A stretch of DNA of 63,999 nucleotides, counting the filler, from an uncultured bacterium (GTDB taxonomy: Bacteria > CAYJOG01), in assembly GCA_964371695.1 (NCBI GenBank). It is 11 parts of 11 records of this genome, joined end to end, with 100 filler letters (N's around TTAATTAATTAA, not from the genome) between each part and the next. Parts side by side here need not be neighbours in the genome. Positions count along the whole stretch, not along the records: positions 29,544 to 35,318 come from CAYJOG010000204.1; positions 35,419 to 41,181 come from CAYJOG010000205.1; positions 41,282 to 47,015 come from CAYJOG010000206.1; 8 more parts are not named here. One strand, written 5' to 3'. Position numbers and translations under genes: made by a program. A model generated the notes under the pieces. It worked only from the letters and a program-made list of their open reading frames with translations, was not told the origin of the DNA and did no database searches. This document shows, piece by piece, positions 31,419 through 41,332 of this stretch (within the stretch, counting starts at the first letter, position 1; each line of letters begins with the position of its first letter).

Positions 31419-31566
31419 CCCCCTCTCCCAGGCTGGGGAGAGGTTTGGGGTGAGGGGTCCAAAATGGACAAAAAATCCAAACAGATTTTTGGGGTTTTGC
31501 TTCTTGTTTAACCCCTCACCCGGCCTACGGCCACCCTCTCCCCGTAAAGGGGAGAGGGAACGATGT
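31419..31566. repeat. Repeat family B inverted pair
   Basis: Units at 31419-31457 and 31512-31559. Confidence 0.85.
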
Positions 31567-31645
31567 TCGCTTATTGATAAGCGTTGGTGACCACGGATAT
31601 TCCGCTTGTGGCCCTTGGTGACACGGGCATCTTTTGGTAGCGCGA

Positions 31646-31671
31646 GTAGCCACAGGTGTCCCCACCTGTGG
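31646..31671 (+). repeat. GTAG-type REP
   Basis: GTAG + CCACAGGTG-tccc-CACCTGTGG. Confidence 0.7.
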
Positions 31672-31735
31672 TCCTGCCTGCGTTCATATAAAAGGCAGGC
31701 GGGACGCCCCACCAAAAACCCCACAACAGACGTTA

Positions 31736-33210
31736 TCAATCAGGGTTAAGACTTATGGCCTTTTCAAACTTCTCCAAGGCTTCATTCAAGAGTCGCTGGC
31801 GCTCGTTTTCGTCCTCGGTGATTCCGGCCAGAGCGGATAGCGCAAGACTCCAGTTGCGCCAAGCGGCGCGGGCATTCGGTTTGAGCGTCACCGCCTGTTG
31901 ATATTTTTCAAAGGCTTCATTAAGCAGGCGTTTTTTATCTGTCAGGTCTTCCGTGGCCTGCGCCAATTCACACAACGCAATACCCCAGTTATCCCAAGCT
32001 AGATCGTAATCCGGCTTGAGCGTCACCGCCTCTTCATATTTTTTACAGGCCTCAAGAAACAGGCGTTTTTTATCTGTCGGGTCTTCCGTGGCCTGCGCCA
32101 GACCAGCCAGTGTATTTCCCCAGTTGTACCAAGCCGTGTGGAAGTCTGGCTGGATTTTCACCGCCTGTTGATATTTTTCAAAGGCTTCATTAAGCAGGCG
32201 TTTTTTATCTGTCGGGTTTTCTGTGGCCCGTGCCAGATCATCCAGCGCCACACCCCAGTTGCACCAAGCGTCGCTGGCATCCGGTTGGAGCGTCACCGCC
32301 TGTTCATATTTTTTACACGCCTCAACAAACAGGCGCTTTTTTTCTGCCACGTCTTCCGTGGCCTGCGCCAGATCAACCAGCGCATTACCCCAGTTGTACC
32401 AAGCGTCGCTGTCATCCGGTTTGAGCGTCACCGCCCGTTCATATTTTTCACCGGCCTCAACAAACAGACGCTTTTTTTCTGCCACGTCTTCCGTGGCCTG
32501 CGCCAAATCAAACAGCGCGTTGCCTTCCTCATAAATTTTTGCTGCTCCCAGAAGCTTCTGATTTTCTTCCTGCCCCACAGCCATTGACGCCACTTCGGCG
32601 GGTCGCGTTGAAAGCGCGAAGGCCAGTAGTGGTGTGGCTAATTCCCTTGCCTTCTCCAAACCATCTTTTCCGGCATATTTTTTCCCTTTTGGCCAATAGG
32701 TTCTTTGCTTTCCAAACTTAAGGCCTTTCTGTGTTCTAAAACTGCTCAGGACAGCAGAAGAAAGCAGGCACAATTCATTTTGGGGGCGACATGCGCTTTC
32801 CAGGCGCTGGGCTTCATTCAGCGTGGGGCCAACCAGTTCATCTGATGACAGCCGCCTTGCCAGCCATAGTGAAGGCCCATGCGCAGCCAGAGGGTGTCAT
32901 GTATATCCGTGTTTTTTAGATGGTTTTCTCGCCATGGCCGCCATTTCTCCTGCACGACGGCGGCAAAAGCCACGGCGTTGGGCGCGGCTTTTGCTCCCCC
33001 GCTGAAACTCACCATGTAACCATCCCCTGTGAAGTTTTCCACCACCCCGGAATAGATTTTCGCCATTTCCGTCGCCAGCTCCTTGAGATGAAGCACCGCC
33101 TCGCAGGTCAGGTCGGCTTCCAGCGTCCACGCGGTGGTGGAGCCTTGCATGTCCATGAAAAGAACCGCGATGCCGTCTATCTCTTCATGGGGTGCGCAAT
33201 CCTGCTCCAC
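31736..33210 (-). pseudogene. Class III nucleotide cyclase fused to tandem TPR repeats, split by 1-nt frameshift at ~32864 (pseudogene or assembly error)
   Basis: One frame: LFMDMQGST, FTGDG, LRMGLHYG. The next frame continues LARRLSSDELVGPTLNEAQRLESAC into 45-aa TPR units (135-nt period). Confidence 0.8.
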
Positions 33211-33308
33211 CGTGTCATCTTCTCACAATCGGCGGCTTTAACCCAGCCGTTTTCCCGCCCGGCCCAAGCAAAAAATCGGCTCGCGTCAGCGCCGGGGTCA
33301 CTTTATTA

Positions 33309-33750
33309 CCCTCTCCCCTTTACGGGGAGAGGGTGGCCGCAGGCCGGGTAATGGGCGCGGGAGGTCTTTTGGGGATGCGGCAGCATGTTGATGCTGCCGG
33401 GCGCGCCCAGCGGCGCGGCAGCGCCGAGGGTTAACAAATAGCAAAAAACCCAATTCTGTACTGAACCAAAAAAAGGGCCGCAGGCCCCACCTTGAACCCT
33501 CCTTTGGGGGGTTTGGGGGGAGGTTGGATGGCCCGCCACGCTGATTTCGGCAAACACCCTGGCAGACTGGGCGCAGGACAGAAGGTATTGGATTTGCCTC
33601 AACCCCCCATCCCCTGGCCGCTTAGCGGCTGCCCCCTTCCCCTTGGGGAAGGGGGATGGCGGGGGCGCGGCAGCGCCCCGGTTTTTTGTTTAACCCCTCA
33701 CCCGGCGCTCCGCGCCACCCTCTCCCCGTAAAGGGGAGAGGGAACGATGT
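33309..33750. repeat. Mosaic repeat cluster: B unit interrupted by A (33309-33430), further hairpins, B unit (33694-33743)
   Basis: Direct comparison with other A and B copies in the window. Confidence 0.8.
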
Positions 33751-33803
33751 GGCTCTTTCTTTTTCCAGCCGCAACTTCCTGTTTCTTGCTTTCCAGCCCC
33801 GAC

Positions 33804-34187
33804 CTACCCCCACCCCTTGCTCCGCCACCAGCCCCGCAGCCTTGGAACCCTCTCCCACAGCAGCACCGGCAGCAGGTTCACCGTCAGGTCCAGCACCTGA
33901 AAACCCCGCGTGGGCACCCACAGTTGCACCACTTCACACAGGGCCGAAAAACCGGCGCTCAGCAACAGCCGGGGCGTGGCCGACAACCCCCCCCAGGCCA
34001 GGCGAAAAAACAGGTTCCACACCATGAAAACAATCAGGTGATTGCCCGCGTCAAACCACTCCCCCAGGGCGGGATAATATGCCTGCCGCAGATCGGCCAC
34101 CGGTCGGGTGCAGACAAACAGAATCGCCGCGCCGCCCAGCACCGTGGCCAGGGCAAAAAAGCGGTGGCGAAGACGCGGGTTTTTCAC
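33804..34187 (-). CDS. VanZ-like membrane protein
   Basis: DAGNHLIVF, EVVQLWVPTRGFQVLDLTVN; start overlaps upstream stop (GTGA). Confidence 0.75.
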   Translation of the reverse strand: MKNPRLRHRFFALATVLGGAAILFVCTRPVADLRQAYYPALGEWFDAGNHLIVFMVWNLFFRLAWGGLSATPRLLLSAGFSALCEVVQLWVPTRGFQVLDLTVNLLPVLLWERVPRLRGWWRSKGWG

Positions 34188-35318
34188 GGCCCGGCTTTTT
34201 TCATGGCCACCGCCAGCGCCCGGAAAACAGGCTCAAAAGCGGCGGGGGGGCCAAAATGGCCCAGGGGCAGCCACAGGGGTTTCACCCCCAGGCTGCGGGC
34301 CATCAGCAGGGTGATGTCCGGCGGCACGGTGCGGTCGCGCTGACCCCCCGCCACCAGCACCGGCGAGGTGCGGGAGCGGGCCGGAAAACCAGCCGGGTCC
34401 AGAGGCCCCAGCAGGCGTTTGAGCTGCTGCCTGTCCTGGGTCGTGAGCGCGCCAAAATCGCCCAGCAGATGCAGGTTTTTCCGCACCAGTTTTTCAAAGG
34501 CCCCCGCCCCGGACCAGGCCACCATCCCGGCCATGGGCGCGCCCCCCTGCCTGGCCCCCAGAGCCGCCGTGGCCCCCAGTCCCCCGGCCATCACCCACAC
34601 TCGCGCCGTGGGCCAGCGGGCGCGCATCAGGCCCAGCAGCCAGGCCAGTTTGCGGGTGGTGGCGGCAAGGCTGTCGCGCACCGTCAAAAGGCAGCAAACC
34701 CCCAGCTCCCCGTGGTGTGTGAGGGGCGAGAAATCGGTCAGGGAAAGGTCGGTCCACGCCACCCGCCAGGGGTGTCTGGTCAGGCCCTCCACCCAGGCAA
34801 TGCGCTGGGTTTCATCGGGCGAAAACACCAGCACCACGTCGCTGTTTTCCGCCGCGCCCTGGCCCATGTTCTGGGGCATGTTCCAGAACAGGGAAACCCC
34901 CTCGCCAGTGGGGGCGGAAAGCGACACCGCCCCCGTGGGCGGCGGGGGCCAGGGGGGCAGGGCGGCGTCTTCGGCAGCCAGGGGCGCGGCGCTCAAAAAA
35001 ACCTCTTGGGAGAGCGTGTTCACGCTGGGGCTGAAGGGGACTTGGCCCACCTGGACTGAGGCGCTGGTGAGGGCTGTCGGCGGGGCCAGATCGGGGCTGA
35101 GGGGGCACCCCAGACCCGTGGACCAGAGGCCACAAAACCACGCCACGGCAAAGAGCCCGGCGGCGGGGTCCAGACCCCCCGGCAAGGGGGGGGTGAGCAG
35201 CAGCGGCGTGGCGGTGGAAAGACGCCAGTTTTCCTGCAACGCGGCCACGGTCTGGCCGCTCCGCAGGGTAGCCTGTAACAGGGCACCGCAGTGGGGGGTC
35301 TCTGGCGGGCAGGGGGGG
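34184..35318 (-). CDS. Alpha/beta hydrolase-fold protein, 5' truncated
   Basis: VWVMAGGLGA elbow, PVLVAGGQRDRTVPP, PLGHF. Confidence 0.6.
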
Positions 35319-35418
35319 NNNNNNNNNNNNNNNNNNNNNNNNNNNNNNNNNNNNNNNNNNNNTTAATTAATTAANNNNNNNNNNNNNNNNNNNNNNNNNN
35401 NNNNNNNNNNNNNNNNNN

Positions 35419-35779
35419 GGCCATAGCCCTCGCGCCGCCAGGGCAGATAGGCCCCCACGGGGTCGTATCGGGGCTTGAGTAACCGCCACAACGCCACGGT
35501 GCCGGTGAGGCCGTCGGCGTCGTAATCGCCATAAATACAGATGCGCCGGTGGTCCCGCATGGCCCCCAGCACGGCCTCTACAGCGCGGTCCATGTCCTTG
35601 AGGCCCATGGGGTCGCCCCACAGGGTTGGGCAGGGGTCGAGAAAACGCCGCCACTGGGCGTCGGTGGTTATCCCCCGCCGGGCCAGCACACCCCACAGGG
35701 CGGCAGGGGCTTCTTCTGGCCCCGGCAACGCGGCGTTGATCTCCCAGTGGTGATGCACCACCGGCTCAGTGCTGGACAT
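35419..35779 (-). CDS. recJ: ssDNA exonuclease RecJ, N-terminal fragment
   Basis: LARRG, LKDMDRAV, IYGDYDADG, P.R..EGYG. Confidence 0.92.
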
Positions 35780-35831
35780 GGCCGGTCAGTGTATCGCAGG
35801 TCAGGTCGTCGCATAACGAAAACGGTCTATT

Positions 35832-35947
35832 CCCCTCTCCCCGACTGGGGAGAGGGTTGGGGTGAGGGGTTTACAAAAAGCAAAAAACCACTCTTCCTTC
35901 TCCCGTCCGAAGGATGGGAGAAGGTGGCGTGTAGCGCCGGATGAGGG
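35832..35947. repeat. Repeat family B, two tandem units
   Basis: 35832-35869 and 35896-35947, ending GGTGAGGGG / GGATGAGGG. Confidence 0.8.
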
Positions 35948-35990
35948 CGTAAAACAAATAACAAAAACCAACTTTTTTCTTTATGCCTGA

Positions 35991-36017
35991 CTGGATTCCC
36001 GCCTTCGCGGGAATGAC
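35991..36017 (-). repeat. dRS3/RPE-like palindrome (family C)
   Basis: Reverse complement GTCATTCCCGCGAAGGCGGGAATCCAG; second copy 63834-63860. Confidence 0.85.
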
Positions 36018-36030
36018 GCCATTTTCCTGC

Positions 36031-36948
36031 CTACTCCACCAACTCGCGCCCCGTGAGAAGCAGAAAGACATCCTCCAGGTTGGGCTGGCGAAACACGCCC
36101 TGTTGTTCGTATTGCTGGCGCAGGGCCGCGAGGCCGGGGTGATCAGGCGCGTCGAAATAGAGATAGACCCGGCCGTGGGCTTGCTGATGGTGGCGGCCGT
36201 TTTCGCCGTGAGCCGCCAAAAGCGCCATGGCCTCGGACTGCAACTCCAGCGGCAGTTCCACCGCCCGCGCACCGGCGTGTTGGCGCACCAGCTCGGCGGG
36301 CGCACCACGGGCCACCACGCGGCCTTCGCTCAACAGCACCAGGTCATCACACAGGCGCTCGGCTTCTTCCATGTAATGGGTACACAGCAGCAGGCTCACG
36401 CCAGACTGTTTCAGCGCCCGCAGGCGCTCCCATATCAGATGCCGCGCCTGGGGGTCCAGGCCAGTGGTGGGTTCGTCCAGCACCAGCAGCTTGGGTTGAT
36501 TGAGCAGGGCGCGGGCAATCATCAGCCGCCGCCGCATGCCCCCCGACAGGCTGCGGATGGGTGCCCGCTGGCGGTCTTCAAGCTGCATGTCGCGCAACAG
36601 GCCGGTGGCGCGGGCCACGGCCTCGTGCCTGGGAATGCTGAAATAACCGGCGAACACCACCAGGTTGTCCAGCACGGTGAGGTCTTCGTCCAGGTTGTCC
36701 TCCTGATGCACCACCCCCAGGCGGGCCTTGAGCTGGCGGGCGTCGCGCTGGGGGTCCAGACCCAGCACCTTCAGTTCGCCGCCGGTGGGGGGCAAAAACC
36801 CCGTCACCATGCGCAGCGTGGTGGACTTGCCCGCGCCATTTGGCCCAAGAAATCCGAAACAGGCCCCCTCTGGCACCGACAGGTCTATGCCCTTCACGGC
36901 TTCAAAATCGCCATATTTCTTTTGCAGACCCCGGGCAACAACCAGCAT
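36031..36948 (-). CDS. ABC transporter ATP-binding protein (NodI/DrrA-like)
   Basis: GPNGAGKST, LSGGMRRR, LDEPTTGLDPQAR, THYMEEAE. Confidence 0.93.
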   Translation of the reverse strand: MLVVARGLQKKYGDFEAVKGIDLSVPEGACFGFLGPNGAGKSTTLRMVTGFLPPTGGELKVLGLDPQRDARQLKARLGVVHQEDNLDEDLTVLDNLVVFAGYFSIPRHEAVARATGLLRDMQLEDRQRAPIRSLSGGMRRRLMIARALLNQPKLLVLDEPTTGLDPQARHLIWERLRALKQSGVSLLLCTHYMEEAERLCDDLVLLSEGRVVARGAPAELVRQHAGARAVELPLELQSEAMALLAAHGENGRHHQQAHGRVYLYFDAPDHPGLAALRQQYEQQGVFRQPNLEDVFLLLTGRELVE

Positions 36949-37040
36949 GGGGGGAGTTTAGAACTTATCTCAAACCACTTTCGGGATGGGTTCCAGCGAA
37001 TTTTCCGAGTAGACATGGACAAAAGAAGCGGCTTTTTCTT

Positions 37041-37214
37041 GCCCTCTCCCTGAGGGAGAGGGCAGTCGAAGATTGAGCAAATGTGAAATCTGAGACGGGT
37101 GAGGGGGAATGGGCCGCCAGCCCAAAAACCTGTCAGGATGCTTTCTTTCCCCCTCACCCGGATGAAACCTCACTCTGTTCGGTTTCATCCCGCCCTCTCC
37201 CTCAGGGAGAGGGC
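37041..37214. repeat. Repeat family B inverted pair with enlarged internal segments
   Basis: 37041-37107 and 37149-37214. Confidence 0.8.
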
Positions 37215-37259
37215 ATTGAGGACACCCCTCCGTTTGTCTACATTAAGTCTGAAAATGCT

Positions 37260-38138
37260 CTAATCCGCCGGACAGCAACGAAAACCGATTTCCGGCGAAA
37301 CCACGGTGGGCAGGCGTGCGCCAAACCGCCTGCCATCCGCCCTGTTGCCGCACCCCAGCCACAGCAGCGCCCGGCCGTCTCCCGTGTCGTCGGCCAGCCA
37401 CTCCGGCGCGGCAGACCCGCCGCAGATTTCACCCAGCGCCCCAAGGGGCTGGCTGCGCCAGTCGGCATAACCACACAGGCGCTGGCCTTTGGCCGCACAA
37501 ATAGCCTGGGCCGGGGCGCGGGTGGCCGGTTTTCCGGCGGCGTGGAACGCTCCCGGCGGCGGCAGCAGGCGCAGGCGACACAAGTCCCCCGATGTCTGCA
37601 CCGTGGTCTGCACCGACGCCGAAGCAGCACCCCAAGGCGGCGCGCCGTGGTCCACCAGAAAAACCTCGCCCAACGGGGCCGAGCCGGTGCGGTCGTTTTC
37701 CACGTCCTCGCCCTCAGCCGCCATCTGCAAGCCGCCGTATTGCAACACGGGGGGGGCAAAGCCGGTGAAACAGGTGTCGAGCGTGAGGGCAAAGGGTTGC
37801 TGGCGGTCTTCCAGCACTTGCAACAAATGGCTGGCGCTGAGGCTGGCCTGCCCCACCCACAGGCGGCTGTCCGGCCCCTGGCCTGTCATGTGGGTGGAGA
37901 GATACACCACCAGCGGCCCCGGCGTGCTGCGCAGGGTTTCCAGCAGGGCGTCCGGCGAGGCGAACAGGCCGCCCTTCACCTCACATCCGGTAGAGGTCTT
38001 CAGCCACCGGGGCACCGGATCGCCATAAAAAAGCGCCGCCTGCCCCTCAAAACGGTTCTGGCCATGCACCACCAACGTGGCGGCGCTGGCCCGCCCAACC
38101 AGCCATAAAAGAACCATCACAAAACCTACCCGCCGCAA
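37260..38138 (-). CDS. Secreted hypothetical protein: caspase-like N-terminal part plus FGE-sulfatase-like C-terminus
   Basis: Signal peptide; VVYLSTH and LTLDTCFTG; ICAAKGQRLC..EW..IGFRCC. Confidence 0.5.
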   Translation of the reverse strand: MRRVGFVMVLLWLVGRASAATLVVHGQNRFEGQAALFYGDPVPRWLKTSTGCEVKGGLFASPDALLETLRSTPGPLVVYLSTHMTGQGPDSRLWVGQASLSASHLLQVLEDRQQPFALTLDTCFTGFAPPVLQYGGLQMAAEGEDVENDRTGSAPLGEVFLVDHGAPPWGAASASVQTTVQTSGDLCRLRLLPPPGAFHAAGKPATRAPAQAICAAKGQRLCGYADWRSQPLGALGEICGGSAAPEWLADDTGDGRALLWLGCGNRADGRRFGARLPTVVSPEIGFRCCPAD

Positions 38139-38157
38139 TGCTGCCTAGAATACCCAA

Positions 38158-40677
38158 ATGGTTCCTGTCCTTCGCCGGTGTGTGGCGGGTCTTTTGCTGG
38201 CCCTGCTGCTGGGTGCAGCCAGCACCCACGCCGCCGCGCCGGTGGCCCCCGCACCGCCCGCCATGGACCCCCAGCAGATGAACCTGGCCATCAACGGCCT
38301 GCGGGCGCGACTGATGAATCCGGCGGACACGGCCTCTGAAGCCGAAGCCACCAGCTTTCTGAAAATCCACCTTTCCAATCCCCAGACCCTGATGCTGGTG
38401 GATTCCCTGCGGGACCGATTCACCATGCTGGACCGTCAGGAAGACGGCGCCGCCGCGCTGGCCGCCCTGGCCCGCCCCCACAAGGGCAGCAACAGCGCCG
38501 CCTATGCCCTTTATCAGGCGGGCCTGCTGCTGAAAAACGGCCCCGGCGCACGCCCCCGCAACCCCGGCAAGGCGTTGTCCTATCTGCTGGAGGCCGCTGG
38601 TTTTTTTGAAGGGGGTTATGGGGCTGAGGCCCGTCTGGAGGCCGCCCGGCTTTATTTTGAGCAGGACGCCCTGCACGAAGGTCTGGCCCAGTTGCGTCTG
38701 CTCACCACCCCCAAAACCACCGACCCCTATCTGCGGGAACGCGCCCTGGACCTCACGCTGGACACACTGCTCACGGCGGGCCTGAAAAACGAAGCCCTGG
38801 CCCTGGCGAGCGAGCAGATGAAAACCCACGGCGACCTCGCCGCCATCGTGACCTGGGCCGAGGCGGCGGGGCGCACCCACCAGCGGGGCGTGTTCGCCTT
38901 TCTCAAAAAACACCGGGGGGGCAATTTGCAGCAACCGGCCTTTGCCGAGCGTTACATGCAGGCCGCCGCGCAAGAGGACGCACTGACCGAGGAACTGGAC
39001 GAACTGCTCAAAACCGCCACGCTGCCCGAACTGGGCACCCTGCAACAGACCCTGGGGCAGATGGACCGCACGCTGGACCAGTTGCGCGTGGTGGAGACCC
39101 TGATAGACAAACAGCCAGAGAACCTGCAATTCATGCTCACCGCCGCCCGGCTTTATGTGCAGAACAACTTTGTGGCCGACGCCGAGCGCCTGCTCAACCA
39201 CCTTTTGACCAAGGCCCCCATGCAGGAGGCCTGGCGGCTGAAGGGGCGCATTGCCCTGGCCAAGGGAGACGCCGCCGCCGCTGGCGAAGCCTATGAAAAA
39301 GCCGTGGGTTTCAACCCGGCAGACCCCACCGCCTTTGAGCGGCTGGCCGCCGTGAGGATGGAAGACAACGACCTGGAAGGCACGATAAAGGTTTATGCAC
39401 GGGGCCGGGAAACCCACAAAAACCCGGCGCTTTACCGTCTGCCCCTGGGCCGGGCGCTGGAACTGAACCTTCAGTTTGAGCCTTCTCTGGCGGAATACCT
39501 CGCCGCCCTGGCCGACCCTGCCCTGCAGGTGGGGGCCATGGGGCGGCTGGAAACCCTGTTGGCGAGCCAGCCCCCCCTGAAAGAAAAAATCGCCCCCGTT
39601 CTTGAAAGCCTGAAACTGCCCCCCCGGCAACACTGGCGCGCCGGTTTGCTCACCGCCGCCATGGTGAAGGATTTGAGTCGTTCCATGGAGGCCGCCCGTC
39701 AGATGCAGGCTCTTTCACCGGGCGAAGAAGTGTTGCTGAATCTGGCCCAGCAGCATCTCACCGGCGAGTTTCCCGAACTGGCGGAAAACCTGCTGGAAGA
39801 ACGCCTGAGCCAGGGCGGCGCGCCACCGGCGGCGCTGCTCTCGCTGGCGCAACTCAAAAAACGCCTGGGCAAACCACAAGAGGCCCTGGCCCGTTACACC
39901 GAGCTGCTGGCGCTGACGGGATATTCCCAGGCCGGTTCGCCGGTGGGCCTGCAAGCCCGGCTGGAGGCCCTGCTGCTGCGCAACCAGTTGGGCCACCCCC
40001 TGAGTGAACTGGCCACCGAAGTGGACCAGTGGTGGCGCGACGCCACCCCCTTCCCTGCCCTGCTGCAACAACCCATCGAAACCTGTCAGGCCTTTCTGGA
40101 GTTGCTCATCAGCCTGGGGCGCACCGACGCGGCGGGAGCGCTTTTGGCCAACAACCCGGCCCTGCCCGAAGCCCACCGGCTGTTCACACTGGGCATGGTG
40201 CTGTTTTTGAAGGGCCAGACCAAAGACGCCCAGGCCCCCCTGCTGAAACTGGCCGAAAGCGCCAACGGCCGTTACGCCAACGACGCCATCCGCCTGCTGG
40301 CGCTCTCGCAATATGGTGATGAAGTGCTGAACAACCCGGCCCTGCTGGAGGGCCTGCGGCTGTATATGGGGGGCCGCCCCCAAGAGGCCAGAGACAAGCT
40401 GGTGGCCATTTCACCGGCGGACCCTTTCGCCATGCTCTTCAAGGCGCTGAGTCAGGAAAAACTGGGAGAGGCCGCCGCAGCGGCCCAGGAACTGGCCGAC
40501 CGGGTGGTGGCGGTGGAAAGTGTGTTCGGCCCCATGCTGCTTTATGAGGCCGCCCGCATGTTGCACACCGTGGCCCCGCAGGACGAACGGGTGCTGCAAT
40601 GGGTGCGGCGGCTGGAAGAGGATTATCCCAACAATGTCTACCGCGAAAGCGGCAGGCGGCTTTTGAGCACACCCTGA
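38158..40677 (+). CDS. Secreted tetratricopeptide repeat protein
   Basis: Signal peptide, Ala/Leu-rich helical repeats, YEKAVGFNP, LEEDYPNN. Confidence 0.75.
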   Translation: MVPVLRRCVAGLLLALLLGAASTHAAAPVAPAPPAMDPQQMNLAINGLRARLMNPADTASEAEATSFLKIHLSNPQTLMLVDSLRDRFTMLDRQEDGAAALAALARPHKGSNSAAYALYQAGLLLKNGPGARPRNPGKALSYLLEAAGFFEGGYGAEARLEAARLYFEQDALHEGLAQLRLLTTPKTTDPYLRERALDLTLDTLLTAGLKNEALALASEQMKTHGDLAAIVTWAEAAGRTHQRGVFAFLKKHRGGNLQQPAFAERYMQAAAQEDALTEELDELLKTATLPELGTLQQTLGQMDRTLDQLRVVETLIDKQPENLQFMLTAARLYVQNNFVADAERLLNHLLTKAPMQEAWRLKGRIALAKGDAAAAGEAYEKAVGFNPADPTAFERLAAVRMEDNDLEGTIKVYARGRETHKNPALYRLPLGRALELNLQFEPSLAEYLAALADPALQVGAMGRLETLLASQPPLKEKIAPVLESLKLPPRQHWRAGLLTAAMVKDLSRSMEAARQMQALSPGEEVLLNLAQQHLTGEFPELAENLLEERLSQGGAPPAALLSLAQLKKRLGKPQEALARYTELLALTGYSQAGSPVGLQARLEALLLRNQLGHPLSELATEVDQWWRDATPFPALLQQPIETCQAFLELLISLGRTDAAGALLANNPALPEAHRLFTLGMVLFLKGQTKDAQAPLLKLAESANGRYANDAIRLLALSQYGDEVLNNPALLEGLRLYMGGRPQEARDKLVAISPADPFAMLFKALSQEKLGEAAAAAQELADRVVAVESVFGPMLLYEAARMLHTVAPQDERVLQWVRRLEEDYPNNVYRESGRRLLSTP

Positions 40678-40737
40678 CACCAGCGGTGGTTGAAGAAAAA
40701 AGACAGGGCAGACAGTGAATGCTTTGCAAAGAACAGA

Positions 40738-40761
40738 GGCGGGCGGGGACGCCCGCCCCAC
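40738..40761 (-). repeat. GTGG-type REP
   Basis: Minus strand GTGG + GGCGGGCG-tccc-CGCCCGCC; half copy at 40786-40797. Confidence 0.7.
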
Positions 40762-40907
40762 TGAAGAATGAGTATGGTTCCTGGAGTGGGGCGGGCGCCT
40801 GAATCAAAAACCCCCAATCCTTTTATCGGTCTTCCACCCTGACGCAGCGCACATTCCAGAGCCGCTCATATTGAAACCCGGCCTGCCCGTGCCTAAAGTG
40901 TCGCGCC

Positions 40908-41181
40908 ATGGCTACCGACATTTCCGCACTCCTCGGCAAAGACGCCGATTCCCTCCTCAATCACAAAGCCACCGGCATCGCGCAGGAACGCCTGCACCTG
41001 CCGGGGCCGGATTTCATCGAGCGTGTGTTCGCCTACAGCGACCGCCCCACGCCGGTGCTGCGCAGCCTGCAATCGCTGCTGGGCCACGGCAGGCTGGCGG
41101 GCACGGGTTATGTGTCCATTCTTCCGGTGGATCAAGGCATCGAGCACTCCGCAGGGGCCAGCTTCGCCCCCAATCCTGACT
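40908..41181 (+). CDS. fbaB: Class I fructose-bisphosphate aldolase, N-terminal fragment
   Basis: [38 protein letters not shown]. Confidence 0.93.
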
Positions 41182-41332
41182 NNNNNNNNNNNNNNNNNNN
41201 NNNNNNNNNNNNNNNNNNNNNNNNNTTAATTAATTAANNNNNNNNNNNNNNNNNNNNNNNNNNNNNNNNNNNNNNNNNNNNGCCCCCCCCCCCCGCCTGA
41301 AAAAAAAAGACAAAAAACATTTTTCTCTTTCT

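Noticed and set aside
31800-32520. 135-nt periodic repeats as a CRISPR array or DGR template/variable repeats
   Set aside because: In-frame coding TPR units without unique spacers; no cas or reverse transcriptase gene seen
36958-37015. TAGAACTTATCTCAAA as a possible additional IS end
   Set aside because: No partner inverted repeat or second copy found in the window
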